NCBI GenBank assembly: GCA_027021705.1
Contig: JALUTT010000170.1
Coordinates: 2,429-66,428 of the forward strand
Source: Anaerolineae bacterium
GTDB taxonomy: Bacteria; Chloroflexota; Anaerolineae; S140-20
Direction of reading: 5' to 3'
DNA: 64,000 nucleotides
Each line of letters opens with the position of its first letter. The stretch's first letter is position 1. The position numbers and the translations under genes were made by a program. Shown here piece by piece: positions 9,901 to 17,716 of the stretch. The notes below the pieces were generated by a model. It searched no databases and was not told where the DNA came from. It saw only the letters and a list, made by a program, of their open reading frames with translations.

Positions 9901-11010
9901 CCCCAGGCCGCTATGGACTTCCCCCAAGCACTGGCCCGTCGGGGTGGATTTTGGCTGGCCAACACCGGCTATGGCTACGGGATGGACGACGACATCGCCC
10001 TCTCTGAGCGGCTAATGTTCTACTTCGCTCAGGAGCTGGGGCGGAGCCAGAAGGTCCCGGTGGGGCTGGCCTTCAGCCGAGCCAAACGGCGCTACCTGGG
10101 CAGCCTGCCCGCCGGTGGGTTCGGGGTCTACGACGAGAAGATCCTCAGCGAAGCCACCCTCTATGGCCTGCCGATGGTCGAGGTCAGCGTGCCCACCCCG
10201 CTGACGCCGGAGACGCGGGACATCTCTTACACCCTCTCCGGACCCCAGTTCGCGGGAGGCCTCTGGATGGTCACCGCCACCATCCGGCCCACGCTGACCC
10301 TGCACACGGTCTCGGGAACGGATCGGTCGGGCTACTTCTTCAGCATCGCCGGGAACACCCAGGGGAACCCCGGACGTCCGCTCCAGCCCCGGGCCACGGT
10401 GCTCATCACCGGCCCAGTAGGTGCGCTTCCCCACGGCACGTTGCTGCTGGCCGGTCGGTACACGGAGATCACCGGTTTCGATCCCTACATCTCCCGCCCG
10501 GTGACCGATGTAGCACTGCCCGAACCCGGCTTTGCCGGACAGGGCTGGTTCCCCGATCAGCCCTTCCTGGTCAACCGCTTTGGTGGCCTAGACCGGCTGG
10601 TCGTCGTGCCGGGTCAGTACAACGGGCGCACCAGCATGGAACGGATTTACACGGAGATGACCCTGGGAGTCTACTACTCGTACTCCAGCGACTTCACGCC
10701 GCCGGCCATCGTCCGGGTGGAGGCCCGTCAGTTCCAGAGCCAGGCGAGCTTCGCCGTCTTCCCGCGCGACGCCAGCGGCATCCACCGGGTGCTCGTCACC
10801 TGGAGCGATGGCAGTGGCTGGCGGAGCTTTGACCTGAACCCTTCGCCCCTGGGCGGCTGGCGGGGCTCCCTGAGCGGTCTCAGCGGCGAGGTCACCTTCT
10901 TTGTCCAGGTGGTGGACAGGGCGGGCAACGTCACCGTCAGCAGCAACAAGGGGGCCTTCTTCGAGCCGGAGAGGAACCGGATCTTTCTGCCGTTGGTGAT
11001 GAAGCAGTAG
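6907..11010 (+). CDS. Large secreted protein: beta-sandwich repeats, PPC-like domain, (GVMRAI)5, peptidase C25 (gingipain)-like domain, C-terminal IFLPLV tail
   Basis: N-terminal signal/TM; DAYEPNDT...DVDWY...DYDLAL (PPC-like); YLVLVGGDEQIPF, VGRLVETP, NAHF and MGCH (His/Cys dyad), YGLP; ends RIFLPLVMKQ; ATGA overlap with the cyclase gene. Confidence 0.72.
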   Translation: MKAKVVVQWSLLLIVGIGVTVLLLVGMQATQAASLNSEGEGPTVPSRQAVTSGRSQVQSTGGLGGYFVRPAGNALSCFAPFVTQGGDWETDLIIYNGMDVRLSFTVTLYDENGSPLHSLGDVLSGLSSVVYPLETFSATLGVPFTGTARVEGDQSLMCVVRLRRADFTPGDTLMLYQGSPQPPSSVALLAPFLNKGQDGWHSRLIVMNTDAITTADVVVDFLDSGGSSVAQEFLSVPPLGARILDLDSLPSLPVGFQGVAFVSSMQSLVTVVVNERDTGEAEAHGGSDFLYAWAPLLGLVKDDGGAYSEYFLYNGISRTLLVTTTFLNAATGNRDQVLTQTLAPSATLPQSLNAVTGLPAGWKGTGLFSSSFSDFFLLTGLRYEPTGLAAGYGAAPSSWGSDFYPAAVPALVRMPDTASEIILWNSASAANPVTVTFYDLGGMTVHEITTTLAPNGSLSLDLRTMAELGSFFEGSATIQPAYDLYVLVLERYIPSDVFQDAYEPNDTFTTAYTISLGTDYYALIGHSEDVDWYAVEITRPSALSVTLDELPADYDLALFADLRTDPPATDANTLGDLQDSVDVDATGVMRAIGVMRAIGVMRAIGVMRAIGVMRAIGAGPETTPEQVSTLVYEPGLYYILVINNNGEWSGKPYHLRAQAVPLSQTPGCTWVPTYTLTAPMTPITGTYVPISGPLTLILVNKTRLDQTYGVTATAPLSQALKQLADHPSVRGLVIPVEQDSWVSTVYSDWNFNYCSVQKANAVGRAIREQIISPTLAAYPSIRYLVLVGGDEQIPFYRVPDEAKIANEREYRDAAKVKVGALYAALDQGFFLTDNFYAVRPGYELGWRGRRLWVPNLDLSVGRLVETPQEIQAVINAYLASPVISATTALATGYDFLNDSAQAISSTFGSMGLATQALVGDTWTRSDLVQAWPERSGGVPDLASINAHFEHWRSQPADYLSGLFYASDIATASNPFSGTLSWSMGCHAGLNVPDSNSTLPQAAMDFPQALARRGGFWLANTGYGYGMDDDIALSERLMFYFAQELGRSQKVPVGLAFSRAKRRYLGSLPAGGFGVYDEKILSEATLYGLPMVEVSVPTPLTPETRDISYTLSGPQFAGGLWMVTATIRPTLTLHTVSGTDRSGYFFSIAGNTQGNPGRPLQPRATVLITGPVGALPHGTLLLAGRYTEITGFDPYISRPVTDVALPEPGFAGQGWFPDQPFLVNRFGGLDRLVVVPGQYNGRTSMERIYTEMTLGVYYSYSSDFTPPAIVRVEARQFQSQASFAVFPRDASGIHRVLVTWSDGSGWRSFDLNPSPLGGWRGSLSGLSGEVTFFVQVVDRAGNVTVSSNKGAFFEPERNRIFLPLVMKQ
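8665..8754 (+). repeat. 18-bp in-frame tandem repeat x5 encoding GVMRAI
   Basis: GG(C/G)GTGATGCG(G/A)GCCAT(C/T) five times; only synonymous variation between units. Confidence 0.95.
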
Positions 11011-11028
11011 GCCGGAATTGATGGGGGT

Positions 11029-11412
11029 GTGATGATCTGGTGGATCGCCTACAATGGGAGCCGGGGGGAGGTGCTGGTCCCTCGGGTGCGGCGCTGTGCC
11101 AGCTTCCTATGTCGGCTGCGGGGCCTCACCTTCCGCCGGCGACTCCCCTCGGACGAAGGACTCTTGCTGGTGGGGCGGCGGACCGGTCGCTGGGAGACGA
11201 GCATCCATATGTTCTTCGTCTTCTTTCCCATCGCCGTCCTCTGGCTGGATGCCGAGGGGCGGGTGGTGGACAAGCGACTGGCCCGGCCCTTCCGCCCCAT
11301 CTACCTGCCCCGGACGCCGGCCCGCGACGTGCTGGAAGCTTCCCCCGATGTGCTCGACCGCGTTGCACAGGGGGACCGGATTCAATTCGTTCGGCAGGAG
11401 GCAATGCGATGA
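11029..11412 (+). CDS. DUF192 family protein
   Basis: RLRGLTFR...EGLLL...SIHMFFVFFPIAVLWLD...VLE pattern. Confidence 0.82.
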   Translation: MMIWWIAYNGSRGEVLVPRVRRCASFLCRLRGLTFRRRLPSDEGLLLVGRRTGRWETSIHMFFVFFPIAVLWLDAEGRVVDKRLARPFRPIYLPRTPARDVLEASPDVLDRVAQGDRIQFVRQEAMR

Positions 11413-11786
11413 GTACCCATCAGGTCACGATACCACCCGACCTCGTGGAGCAAATCCGTGAGTTTGTACAAGAGAAGCGGATAAGCGTTGAAGAGTTCGT
11501 GAGCCAGGCTATCCAGGAGCAATTGGAGAGGTTGGCCGATCAGAAGTTGGCAGCGGAAGGGAGGGCATTCGTCGCTATGCATCAGCAGTTGGTCAAACAG
11601 TACCTGGGCCAGTTTGTGGCCATCCACAATGGTCAGGTCGTGGATGCTGACGCCGACTTTGCGGCTTTGCTATTGCGAGTACAAGATCGCTTCGGGAGAG
11701 TACCCGTGCTTATCCGTCAAGTAGGTGCAGCTTCTGTGGTGGAACTGCGTGCCCCCAGTCCTCGCCTGGAGTGGAAGAAGCAATGA
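11409..11786 (+). CDS. RHH/CopG-like N-terminus + DUF5678-like protein (antitoxin-like)
   Basis: True start is ATG 11409 (MSTHQVTIPPDLVEQI...SVEEFVSQAI), overlapping the DUF192 stop. C-terminal part has LVKQYLGQFVAIHNGQVVDADAD. Confidence 0.7.
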   Translation: MSTHQVTIPPDLVEQIREFVQEKRISVEEFVSQAIQEQLERLADQKLAAEGRAFVAMHQQLVKQYLGQFVAIHNGQVVDADADFAALLLRVQDRFGRVPVLIRQVGAASVVELRAPSPRLEWKKQ

Positions 11787-12169
11787 ACCGCTATCCCTAC
11801 AGCACTGAGTACGTCCCAGCAGCACCTGTGGTGCAAATCCACCTGGGAGCCCCAGGAGAATCCACTATCTTGGGTCCTCTCGAGGCTTTTGTGGATACCG
11901 GCGCTGATGCTACCCTCATCCCGGTGGAATACCTACGGCAAGTTGAAGCCAGAAAAGTCGACTGGGCCGTTTTACGTAGCCAGTGGGGGGAACGCCGTCC
12001 GGTGCCTCTCTACGCTGTAGCAATGCAGATCAACCATCACTACTTTGCTGCTATATGGGTGGTAGGCGATGAGTACAGCGAGGAAGTCGTGCTGGGGCGC
12101 AATGTGTTGAATCAGATCCGCTTACTCCTGGATGGTCCTGCGATGACGCTAGAATTGCTTGAGGGTTGA
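11783..12169 (+). CDS. Retropepsin-like (clan AA) aspartic protease
   Basis: AFVDTGADATLIP catalytic motif and VLGRNVL; ATGA overlap with the upstream gene; no signal peptide. Confidence 0.82.
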   Translation: MNRYPYSTEYVPAAPVVQIHLGAPGESTILGPLEAFVDTGADATLIPVEYLRQVEARKVDWAVLRSQWGERRPVPLYAVAMQINHHYFAAIWVVGDEYSEEVVLGRNVLNQIRLLLDGPAMTLELLEG

Positions 12170-13676
12170 TGTGAGCTCCAAGGTCCAAAGGCAAAAGGGA
12201 GACTCCCAACAGAAGCCAGGGCGTGGTTCCCGCATCCTCGGAGCCGGGCTCGCCCTACTGCTGGCGACGGCCCTCTTCCTGGCCTCGTCGGTCCTGGCCG
12301 TGGCAGCAGCGGAGTCCTCAGGCATGAGCAACGGGGAGGCCATCACCCTGGCCCTGACCCCCACGCCTACCCCTCAAAGGCCGATCACCTACGTGGTTCG
12401 GCCAGGCGACACGCTCTTCTCCATCGCCCAACGCTATAGCACGACGGTCGAGGCCATCGTCCAGGCCAACGGGCTGACCGACCCCAACCTTTTGGCGGTC
12501 GGTCAAGAACTGGTGATCCCCGCGCCGACAGGGCCGCTCCCGGCCCGGACCACCTGGACCGTCGGGCCGGGGGAGACGCTGGCGGGGATCGCCCGGCGCT
12601 ACGGAATCGCCGTCCAGGAGATCGCCCGGCGAAGCGGGCTGGTCAACCCCGCCCAGCTCTACGTCGGTCAGTCGCTGGCGATCAGCGACGCGGAGATAGA
12701 GCCGCGCCCCGGCGGCCTCTACGTCGTCCGACCCGGGGAGACGCTCCTCTCCATCGCCCTGCGCCACCGCCTCTCTCCCTGGCTGCTGGTCCAGGTCAAC
12801 GGGCTGCCGGGGCTCGAGCCGCTGCTGGCCGGCCAGCCCCTCTACATCCCCGGCCAGGAACCGGTCACGCCCACCCTGCCTTTCCCCTTCCTCACCGCCG
12901 ACCTCAAGCCGGTGCCGGCCGTGCAAGGAGAGACGGTCCGGCTGGCCGTGCGCACGGAGCAGCCGGTGACGCTGACGGGCCGCCTGGGCGACACACCCCT
13001 GACGTTCGCCCGGGAAGGGGACGCCTACTACGCGCTGGCGGGCATCTACGCGATGGCGTCGCCGGGGCTCTACCCCCTGGTGCTCACGGCAACGACGCCC
13101 TTGGGAGAGAAGGGCTGGCTAGAGACGAGGGTGCTGGTGACGGCCGGCGACTACGCCCGGGAGCAGATCATCCTGCCGCCGGACCGCGCTGCCCTCCTGG
13201 ACCCAGAGGTGATCCGGGCGGAGCGGGAGCGGATGCGGGCGCTGGGGGCGATCTTCACGCCCCAACGGTACTGGCAGGGCCGCTTTCAGAAGCCGGTGGA
13301 CAACCCCATCACCTCTCGCTTCGGCACCCGACGCTCCTACAACGGGGGGCCGTACACCAGCTTCCACGGTGGGACCGACTTCTACGGGCTGACGGGGGAT
13401 CCGGTGCGGGCACCGGCGGCGGGGGTTGTCGTCCTGGCCGAGCCGCTCCAGGTGCGGGGGAATGCCATCGTCCTGGACCACGGCTGGGGGGTCTACACGG
13501 GCTACTGGCACCTCTCGGTCATCAGCGTGACGGTGGGGCAGCGGGTGGAGCCGGGGCAGGTGATCGGGGCCATCGGCTCCACGGGGCTCTCCACCGGATC
13601 GCACCTGCACTGGGAGATGTGGGTGAACAACGTAGCCGTCAACGCCCTCCAGTGGACGGAGGAGCCCTTCCCTTAA
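12159..13676 (+). CDS. LysM (x3) + M23 peptidase, cell-wall endopeptidase
   Basis: Three LysM repeats (YVVRPGDTLFSIA, WTVGPGETLAGIA, YVVRPGETLLSIA); HGGTD and HLH zinc motifs; N-terminal hydrophobic segment. Start may be GTG 12171. Confidence 0.9.
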   Translation: MRVDVSSKVQRQKGDSQQKPGRGSRILGAGLALLLATALFLASSVLAVAAAESSGMSNGEAITLALTPTPTPQRPITYVVRPGDTLFSIAQRYSTTVEAIVQANGLTDPNLLAVGQELVIPAPTGPLPARTTWTVGPGETLAGIARRYGIAVQEIARRSGLVNPAQLYVGQSLAISDAEIEPRPGGLYVVRPGETLLSIALRHRLSPWLLVQVNGLPGLEPLLAGQPLYIPGQEPVTPTLPFPFLTADLKPVPAVQGETVRLAVRTEQPVTLTGRLGDTPLTFAREGDAYYALAGIYAMASPGLYPLVLTATTPLGEKGWLETRVLVTAGDYAREQIILPPDRAALLDPEVIRAERERMRALGAIFTPQRYWQGRFQKPVDNPITSRFGTRRSYNGGPYTSFHGGTDFYGLTGDPVRAPAAGVVVLAEPLQVRGNAIVLDHGWGVYTGYWHLSVISVTVGQRVEPGQVIGAIGSTGLSTGSHLHWEMWVNNVAVNALQWTEEPFP

Positions 13677-14458
13677 GCGCGGAACCCGATGACCGCACCG
13701 AAGCGGCCTGTCCTCCCCCGTTCGGCCCGGTGGGAGTACCACTCCTCGGTGTGGCAGGCAGTGCAGAGGCCGGCCACCTCGATCTCCTCCACGCCACCGG
13801 CCCGCAACTGCCCGACGATGGCGCTCCAAAGGTCTAAGTGGACTCGCCCGCTGGGCTGCTCTCGGAGCACCGGCGGGCCGCTCAGCCCCAAACGGCGCAC
13901 CGGCTCGATGACGTCGGGGCCGACCTCGTAGCAACAGGGGCCGATGGCCGGGCCGACGCCGGCCCACAGGTCCGCCGGCCGCGTGCCGAAGGCCGTGGCC
14001 ATCCGAGCCAGGGCGGCGGGAGCTGCGCCGGCGACCAACCCCCGCCAGCCTACGTGCACCAACCCCACCGCCCGGCGCTCCCGGTCGTAGAGGAGCAGCG
14101 GAGCACAGTCGGCGAAGCGGAGCATCAGGAGCACGCCGGGCCGGTCGGTCACCAACCCGTCCGTTGCCCGCTGCACCGTTCCCCGATCTCCCTCCCCGAC
14201 CACCTGCACGTGGTTGCCGTGCACCTGGTGGGCCGTGGCAACGGCTTCCCGGGGCCAGCCCACCGCCGCCAGCGCCCGCTGGTGGTTGATCCGCACCGCT
14301 TCCAGGTCATCCCCCACCGTATGGCCCAGATTCAGCGTGGCAAAAGGGGAACGGCTCACCCCGCCCAGCCGGGTGAAGACGGCGTGGCTGAGGCCCGGCT
14401 CATCGGCCAGCCCTTCAAAACGGTAGTAGACCAGTCCGTTGCGGCTCACGCGGATCAT
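13673..14458 (-). CDS. pgeF: Peptidoglycan editing factor PgeF (YfiH/YlmD family)
   Basis: FTRLGGVS, NLG, QVHG, DGLVT, ADCAP, HVGWRG, GPAIGPCCYEVG, CTAC...YSHR. Confidence 0.9.
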   Translation of the reverse strand: MIRVSRNGLVYYRFEGLADEPGLSHAVFTRLGGVSRSPFATLNLGHTVGDDLEAVRINHQRALAAVGWPREAVATAHQVHGNHVQVVGEGDRGTVQRATDGLVTDRPGVLLMLRFADCAPLLLYDRERRAVGLVHVGWRGLVAGAAPAALARMATAFGTRPADLWAGVGPAIGPCCYEVGPDVIEPVRRLGLSGPPVLREQPSGRVHLDLWSAIVGQLRAGGVEEIEVAGLCTACHTEEWYSHRAERGRTGRFGAVIGFRA

Positions 14459-14494
14459 CGTCTTCTCGGTTCCCTTTGTCCTTGGGGAGAGCGG

Positions 14495-15355
14495 TTAGAG
14501 GACAGGCGCATCGTCGTCGGCGGGTTCGATCAGGTTGTGTTCTCTCAGGATCTGGAGCACCTGATCCCGCGTGGAAGGGGGGGGACGGTGGGGGTGCGGG
14601 GGGGAGTCGGACGTTTCAGGACCCCAACCGTAGCGGGCCTCCAGCGTCCGCCGGATGTCGGCCATCCCTTCCTCGAAGTTGGGATAGGCCAGCCAGGCCA
14701 AGCTCAGGCCGAAGAGGGCACCGGTGATGACGCGCAGGTACCAGGTGCTCTCCCGAACGGGGAGGAAGGGGAGGAGGTAGCTCAGCATCTGGCTGCCCCC
14801 ATCGGCGGCGATGGGGAGAATGCCGATGAGGAAGAAAAGGCGGAGGGAGGGGGGGGCGATCCGTCGGCGATGGCGCAGCAGGGCGAAGAGGAGCCCACCT
14901 AGGAAGAGGGCTCCGTAGATGGCCACGTCCCGCTGGCACAGAGCCACCTTGTAGCCCATAGTCGCGTTGCCCACAAAACGCCGGGCTTCCAGCCAGTCGG
15001 CTGTTCCAACCAGGGCGGCGAATTCGTCTCGGGGGTAGACGACCTGTTGCCCGAAGAGGAACCAGGAGCGGAAGGCGAGTTGGTGGCAGAAGGGGGAGTA
15101 GACAGTGTAGAGGAGACGGGCCGGTCCGCTCCAACCCAGCTTCATCAAGAGGGGGGCTAGGAAGGGCAACCCTACGTAGAGCAGGGCCAGGCTGTTGGCC
15201 AGGGCCAGCCAGTGCCGGGCCAGGCCGTAGATCAACCGTTGTAACGCCAGGACCAGGCGGTATTGGCGATTGGAGAGGGACTTTTCACGTCCCTCCCGCT
15301 GCTGGGGCTGGAGAGAGGGAGCGAGCTTATCCGTCCCCTCGGCCTTGGGTCTCAC
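14495..15355 (-). CDS. DUF2085 family membrane protein
   Basis: CHQLAFRS, ALCQRDVAIY, P..ADGGSQ, LRVITG; several TM segments. Confidence 0.8.
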   Translation of the reverse strand: MRPKAEGTDKLAPSLQPQQREGREKSLSNRQYRLVLALQRLIYGLARHWLALANSLALLYVGLPFLAPLLMKLGWSGPARLLYTVYSPFCHQLAFRSWFLFGQQVVYPRDEFAALVGTADWLEARRFVGNATMGYKVALCQRDVAIYGALFLGGLLFALLRHRRRIAPPSLRLFFLIGILPIAADGGSQMLSYLLPFLPVRESTWYLRVITGALFGLSLAWLAYPNFEEGMADIRRTLEARYGWGPETSDSPPHPHRPPPSTRDQVLQILREHNLIEPADDDAPVL

Positions 15356-16881
15356 GCTTCGTCCTCGTCGCTTCCCGGTTCCTCAGCTTCCCGCCGAACC
15401 CGCTCCAGCATGCTCTGCCAGCTTTCGACATCCATGTGTCCATCTTGCACGATAGCCACACCCTTGTCCCGAGCCAGTCGGAGGACGTCGTCGGGCCAGT
15501 CCCGTCCGGCTGCTACCGGGAGAGCCAGGAGCCCCGTCTTGCGCAACACGGCTGCCCGCTCCAAGGCACGTGCTACGTCGGGTTCCTCAACCCGCCACGA
15601 AGCCTCCACGACCAGCACCACCGGTTCCCCTGTTGCCCGGAGTCTCCCACCCCATAGCAGGTCGCTGGCCAGGGCATGGAGATACTCTTCTTCGGAGATG
15701 CGACCGCTGTCCAACGCTTCTTGGAGGCGATCGGCCACGTCATTGGTGACATCTGTGCCGCGTCGCACCCAACGTCCGAAGATGCCGGCGGCACGTTGGC
15801 GGTAAAAGACCTCTCGGGCATCTCCCTTCAGGTCCCTTACATCCTTCTTGAGGATCTTGATCTCCTCCCAGATGCGCTTACGATCCTCGGCAGCTTCGGC
15901 GAAGCCCCGCCGACGCTCCTCGGCAGCTTCGGCGAAGCCCCGGGCCATCTCCTCCCGGATTCGCTTGCGGTCTTCGGCAGCCTCGGCGAAGCCCCGCCGA
16001 CGCTCCTCGGCAGCCTCGGCGAAGCCCCGGGTCATCTCCTCCCGGATTCGCTTGCGGTCTTCGGCAGCCTCGGCGAAGCCTCGGGCCATCTCCTCCCGGA
16101 TCCGCTTGCGGTCTTCGGCAGCCTCGGCGAAGCCTCGGGCCATCTCCTCCCGGATCCGCTTGCGGTCTTCGGCAGCCTCGGCGAAGCCTCGGGCCATCTC
16201 CTCCCGGATCCGCTTGCGGTCTTCGGCAGCCTCGGCGAAGCGCCGCTCCATCTCCTCCCGGATCCGCTTGCGGTCTTCGGCAGCCTCGGCGAAGCGCCGC
16301 TCCATCTCCTCCCAGATCCGCTTGCGCTCCTCAGCGGCCTCGGCGAAGCCCCGCCGACGTTCCTCGGCAGCCTCGGCGAAGCGCCGCTCCATCTCCTCCC
16401 AGATTCGCTTGCGCTCCTCAGCGGCCTCGGCGAACTGCCGGGCCATCTCTTCCCAGATCCGCTTGCGCTCCTCAGCGGCCTCGGCGAAGCCCCGCCGACG
16501 TTCCTCGGCAGCCTCGGTGAAGCGCCGCTCCATCTCCTCCCAGATTCGCTTGCGCTCCTCAGCGGCCTCGGCGAACTGCCGGGCCATCTCTTCCCAGATC
16601 CGCTTGCGCTCCTCGGCAGCTTCGGCGAAGCCCCGCCGGCGCTCTTCAGCGGCTTCGGCGAAGCCTTGCTCCACCCGCTTCGCAAGCCGTTCTAACGCCT
16701 CCTCGGTCTGCCGCTGAGCCTCGGCCAGGGCCTCAAGCGCACGGGGCAGGTTGAGAAAGACCTCCGGGAATAATGCTCGCAGGAGTCGCGCCCGCAGGTC
16801 GGGATTGGCCTCCAGAAGCTGTATCAGGTCATCGAAATCGCTTATGAAGAAGCTCATCTCCTTCAACGGTGTCTTTGCCAA
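15352..16881 (-). CDS. Long coiled-coil tandem-repeat protein with C-terminal restriction-endonuclease-fold-like domain
   Basis: 17 F(A/T)EAAE-containing units, then DLLWGG...VVEASW...DVARA. Start is TTG 16881 (AAGGAG RBS) or ATG 16857; own TGTGGTATACT -10 at about 16930-16940. Confidence 0.75.
   Translation of the reverse strand: MAKTPLKEMSFFISDFDDLIQLLEANPDLRARLLRALFPEVFLNLPRALEALAEAQRQTEEALERLAKRVEQGFAEAAEERRRGFAEAAEERKRIWEEMARQFAEAAEERKRIWEEMERRFTEAAEERRRGFAEAAEERKRIWEEMARQFAEAAEERKRIWEEMERRFAEAAEERRRGFAEAAEERKRIWEEMERRFAEAAEDRKRIREEMERRFAEAAEDRKRIREEMARGFAEAAEDRKRIREEMARGFAEAAEDRKRIREEMARGFAEAAEDRKRIREEMTRGFAEAAEERRRGFAEAAEDRKRIREEMARGFAEAAEERRRGFAEAAEDRKRIWEEIKILKKDVRDLKGDAREVFYRQRAAGIFGRWVRRGTDVTNDVADRLQEALDSGRISEEEYLHALASDLLWGGRLRATGEPVVLVVEASWRVEEPDVARALERAAVLRKTGLLALPVAAGRDWPDDVLRLARDKGVAIVQDGHMDVESWQSMLERVRREAEEPGSDEDEA
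15853..16665 (-). repeat. Coding tandem array of 33-bp (11 aa) and 54-bp (18 aa) units
   Basis: 5 units of xF(A/T)EAAEERRR and 12 of xFAEAAE(E/D)RKRI(W/R)EEMxR (last unit divergent), with very high DNA identity between units. Confidence 0.95.
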
Positions 16882-17067
16882 GGGGATCTCCTTGGAAAGG
16901 CGAGGGCGGTGGTCAACGTGAGTATGGAAAGTATACCACAAAAATGGGGAAAGAACACATGGGCAACCTCCGCCTTTGGCCTCTTTCGAGGCCGTGGGGA
17001 GATTGCCCGGTTGTCGGGCAAAGGCTGTTCAGGGGAGAAAGGGGACGCTTCCCACCTGACCAGGGCG

Positions 17068-17712
17068 CTACGGCGTCAAGACTTCCGCCAGGTAGTCGTT
17101 GATCTGAGCCGGGGTCATCGCCCCTACGTGGATGGCTCGGATAATGCCCTCCCGATCCACGAAAATGCTGGTGGGCAGCCCCATCGCCTGGTAACGTGAT
17201 GATACCTCACCCTTGCTATCCAGCAGCGGGGTGAAGGTCAGACCGAACTCCTGGACGAAGCTGCGCACACTGCTGGCCGGTTCGGCCACGCTGACGGCCA
17301 GGACGGTGAACCCTTTCTGATGGTTGGCCTCATAGGCATCCTGGATGGCGGGCATCTCCATCCGGCAGGGGGGGCACCAGGTGGCCCAGAAGTTGATCAA
17401 GACGACCTGACCCCGCAGGTCCGACAGGCGGACCGTCTTCCCATCCAGGGAAGGCAGCGCAAAGTCTGGGGCCGGATTTCCCACCTTCACCGATCCTGTC
17501 GAAGGGGCAACCTCGTTCGGGGCCTTTGTTGGGGAGACTTCGGTGGCACTGCTGCTTCCCAGGATCAGGTATACTCCTCCCGTCGCTAGGAAGAAGGCAA
17601 GGGCTCCCAGGACCAGGAGCATCCGACGGGAACCGGCGCGTCCGTTGGGCTGCACGCTTGTCCGCTTCCGGTGCGATGATCGGGTGGCCTTGTGCTGCTT
17701 CGCCTCTCCCAT
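17068..17712 (-). CDS. TlpA/ResA-like thiol:disulfide oxidoreductase
   Basis: APDFAL...NFWATWCPPC...GLPTS; N-terminal TM anchor. Confidence 0.9.
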   Translation of the reverse strand: MGEAKQHKATRSSHRKRTSVQPNGRAGSRRMLLVLGALAFFLATGGVYLILGSSSATEVSPTKAPNEVAPSTGSVKVGNPAPDFALPSLDGKTVRLSDLRGQVVLINFWATWCPPCRMEMPAIQDAYEANHQKGFTVLAVSVAEPASSVRSFVQEFGLTFTPLLDSKGEVSSRYQAMGLPTSIFVDREGIIRAIHVGAMTPAQINDYLAEVLTP

Positions 17713-17716
17713 CTGC

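Noticed and set aside
11040..11408. N-terminal half of the 248-aa ORF 11040-11786
   Set aside because: It overlaps DUF192 out of frame. The real gene starts at ATG 11409 with a GGAGG RBS and stop/start coupling.
15853..16665. Possible CRISPR array or separate genes in alternative frames (15676-16695, 15848-16717, 16032-16685)
   Set aside because: The units are contiguous with no unique spacers, are multiples of 3 and encode a coiled coil. The other ORFs are shadows of the repeat. No cas genes are in the window.
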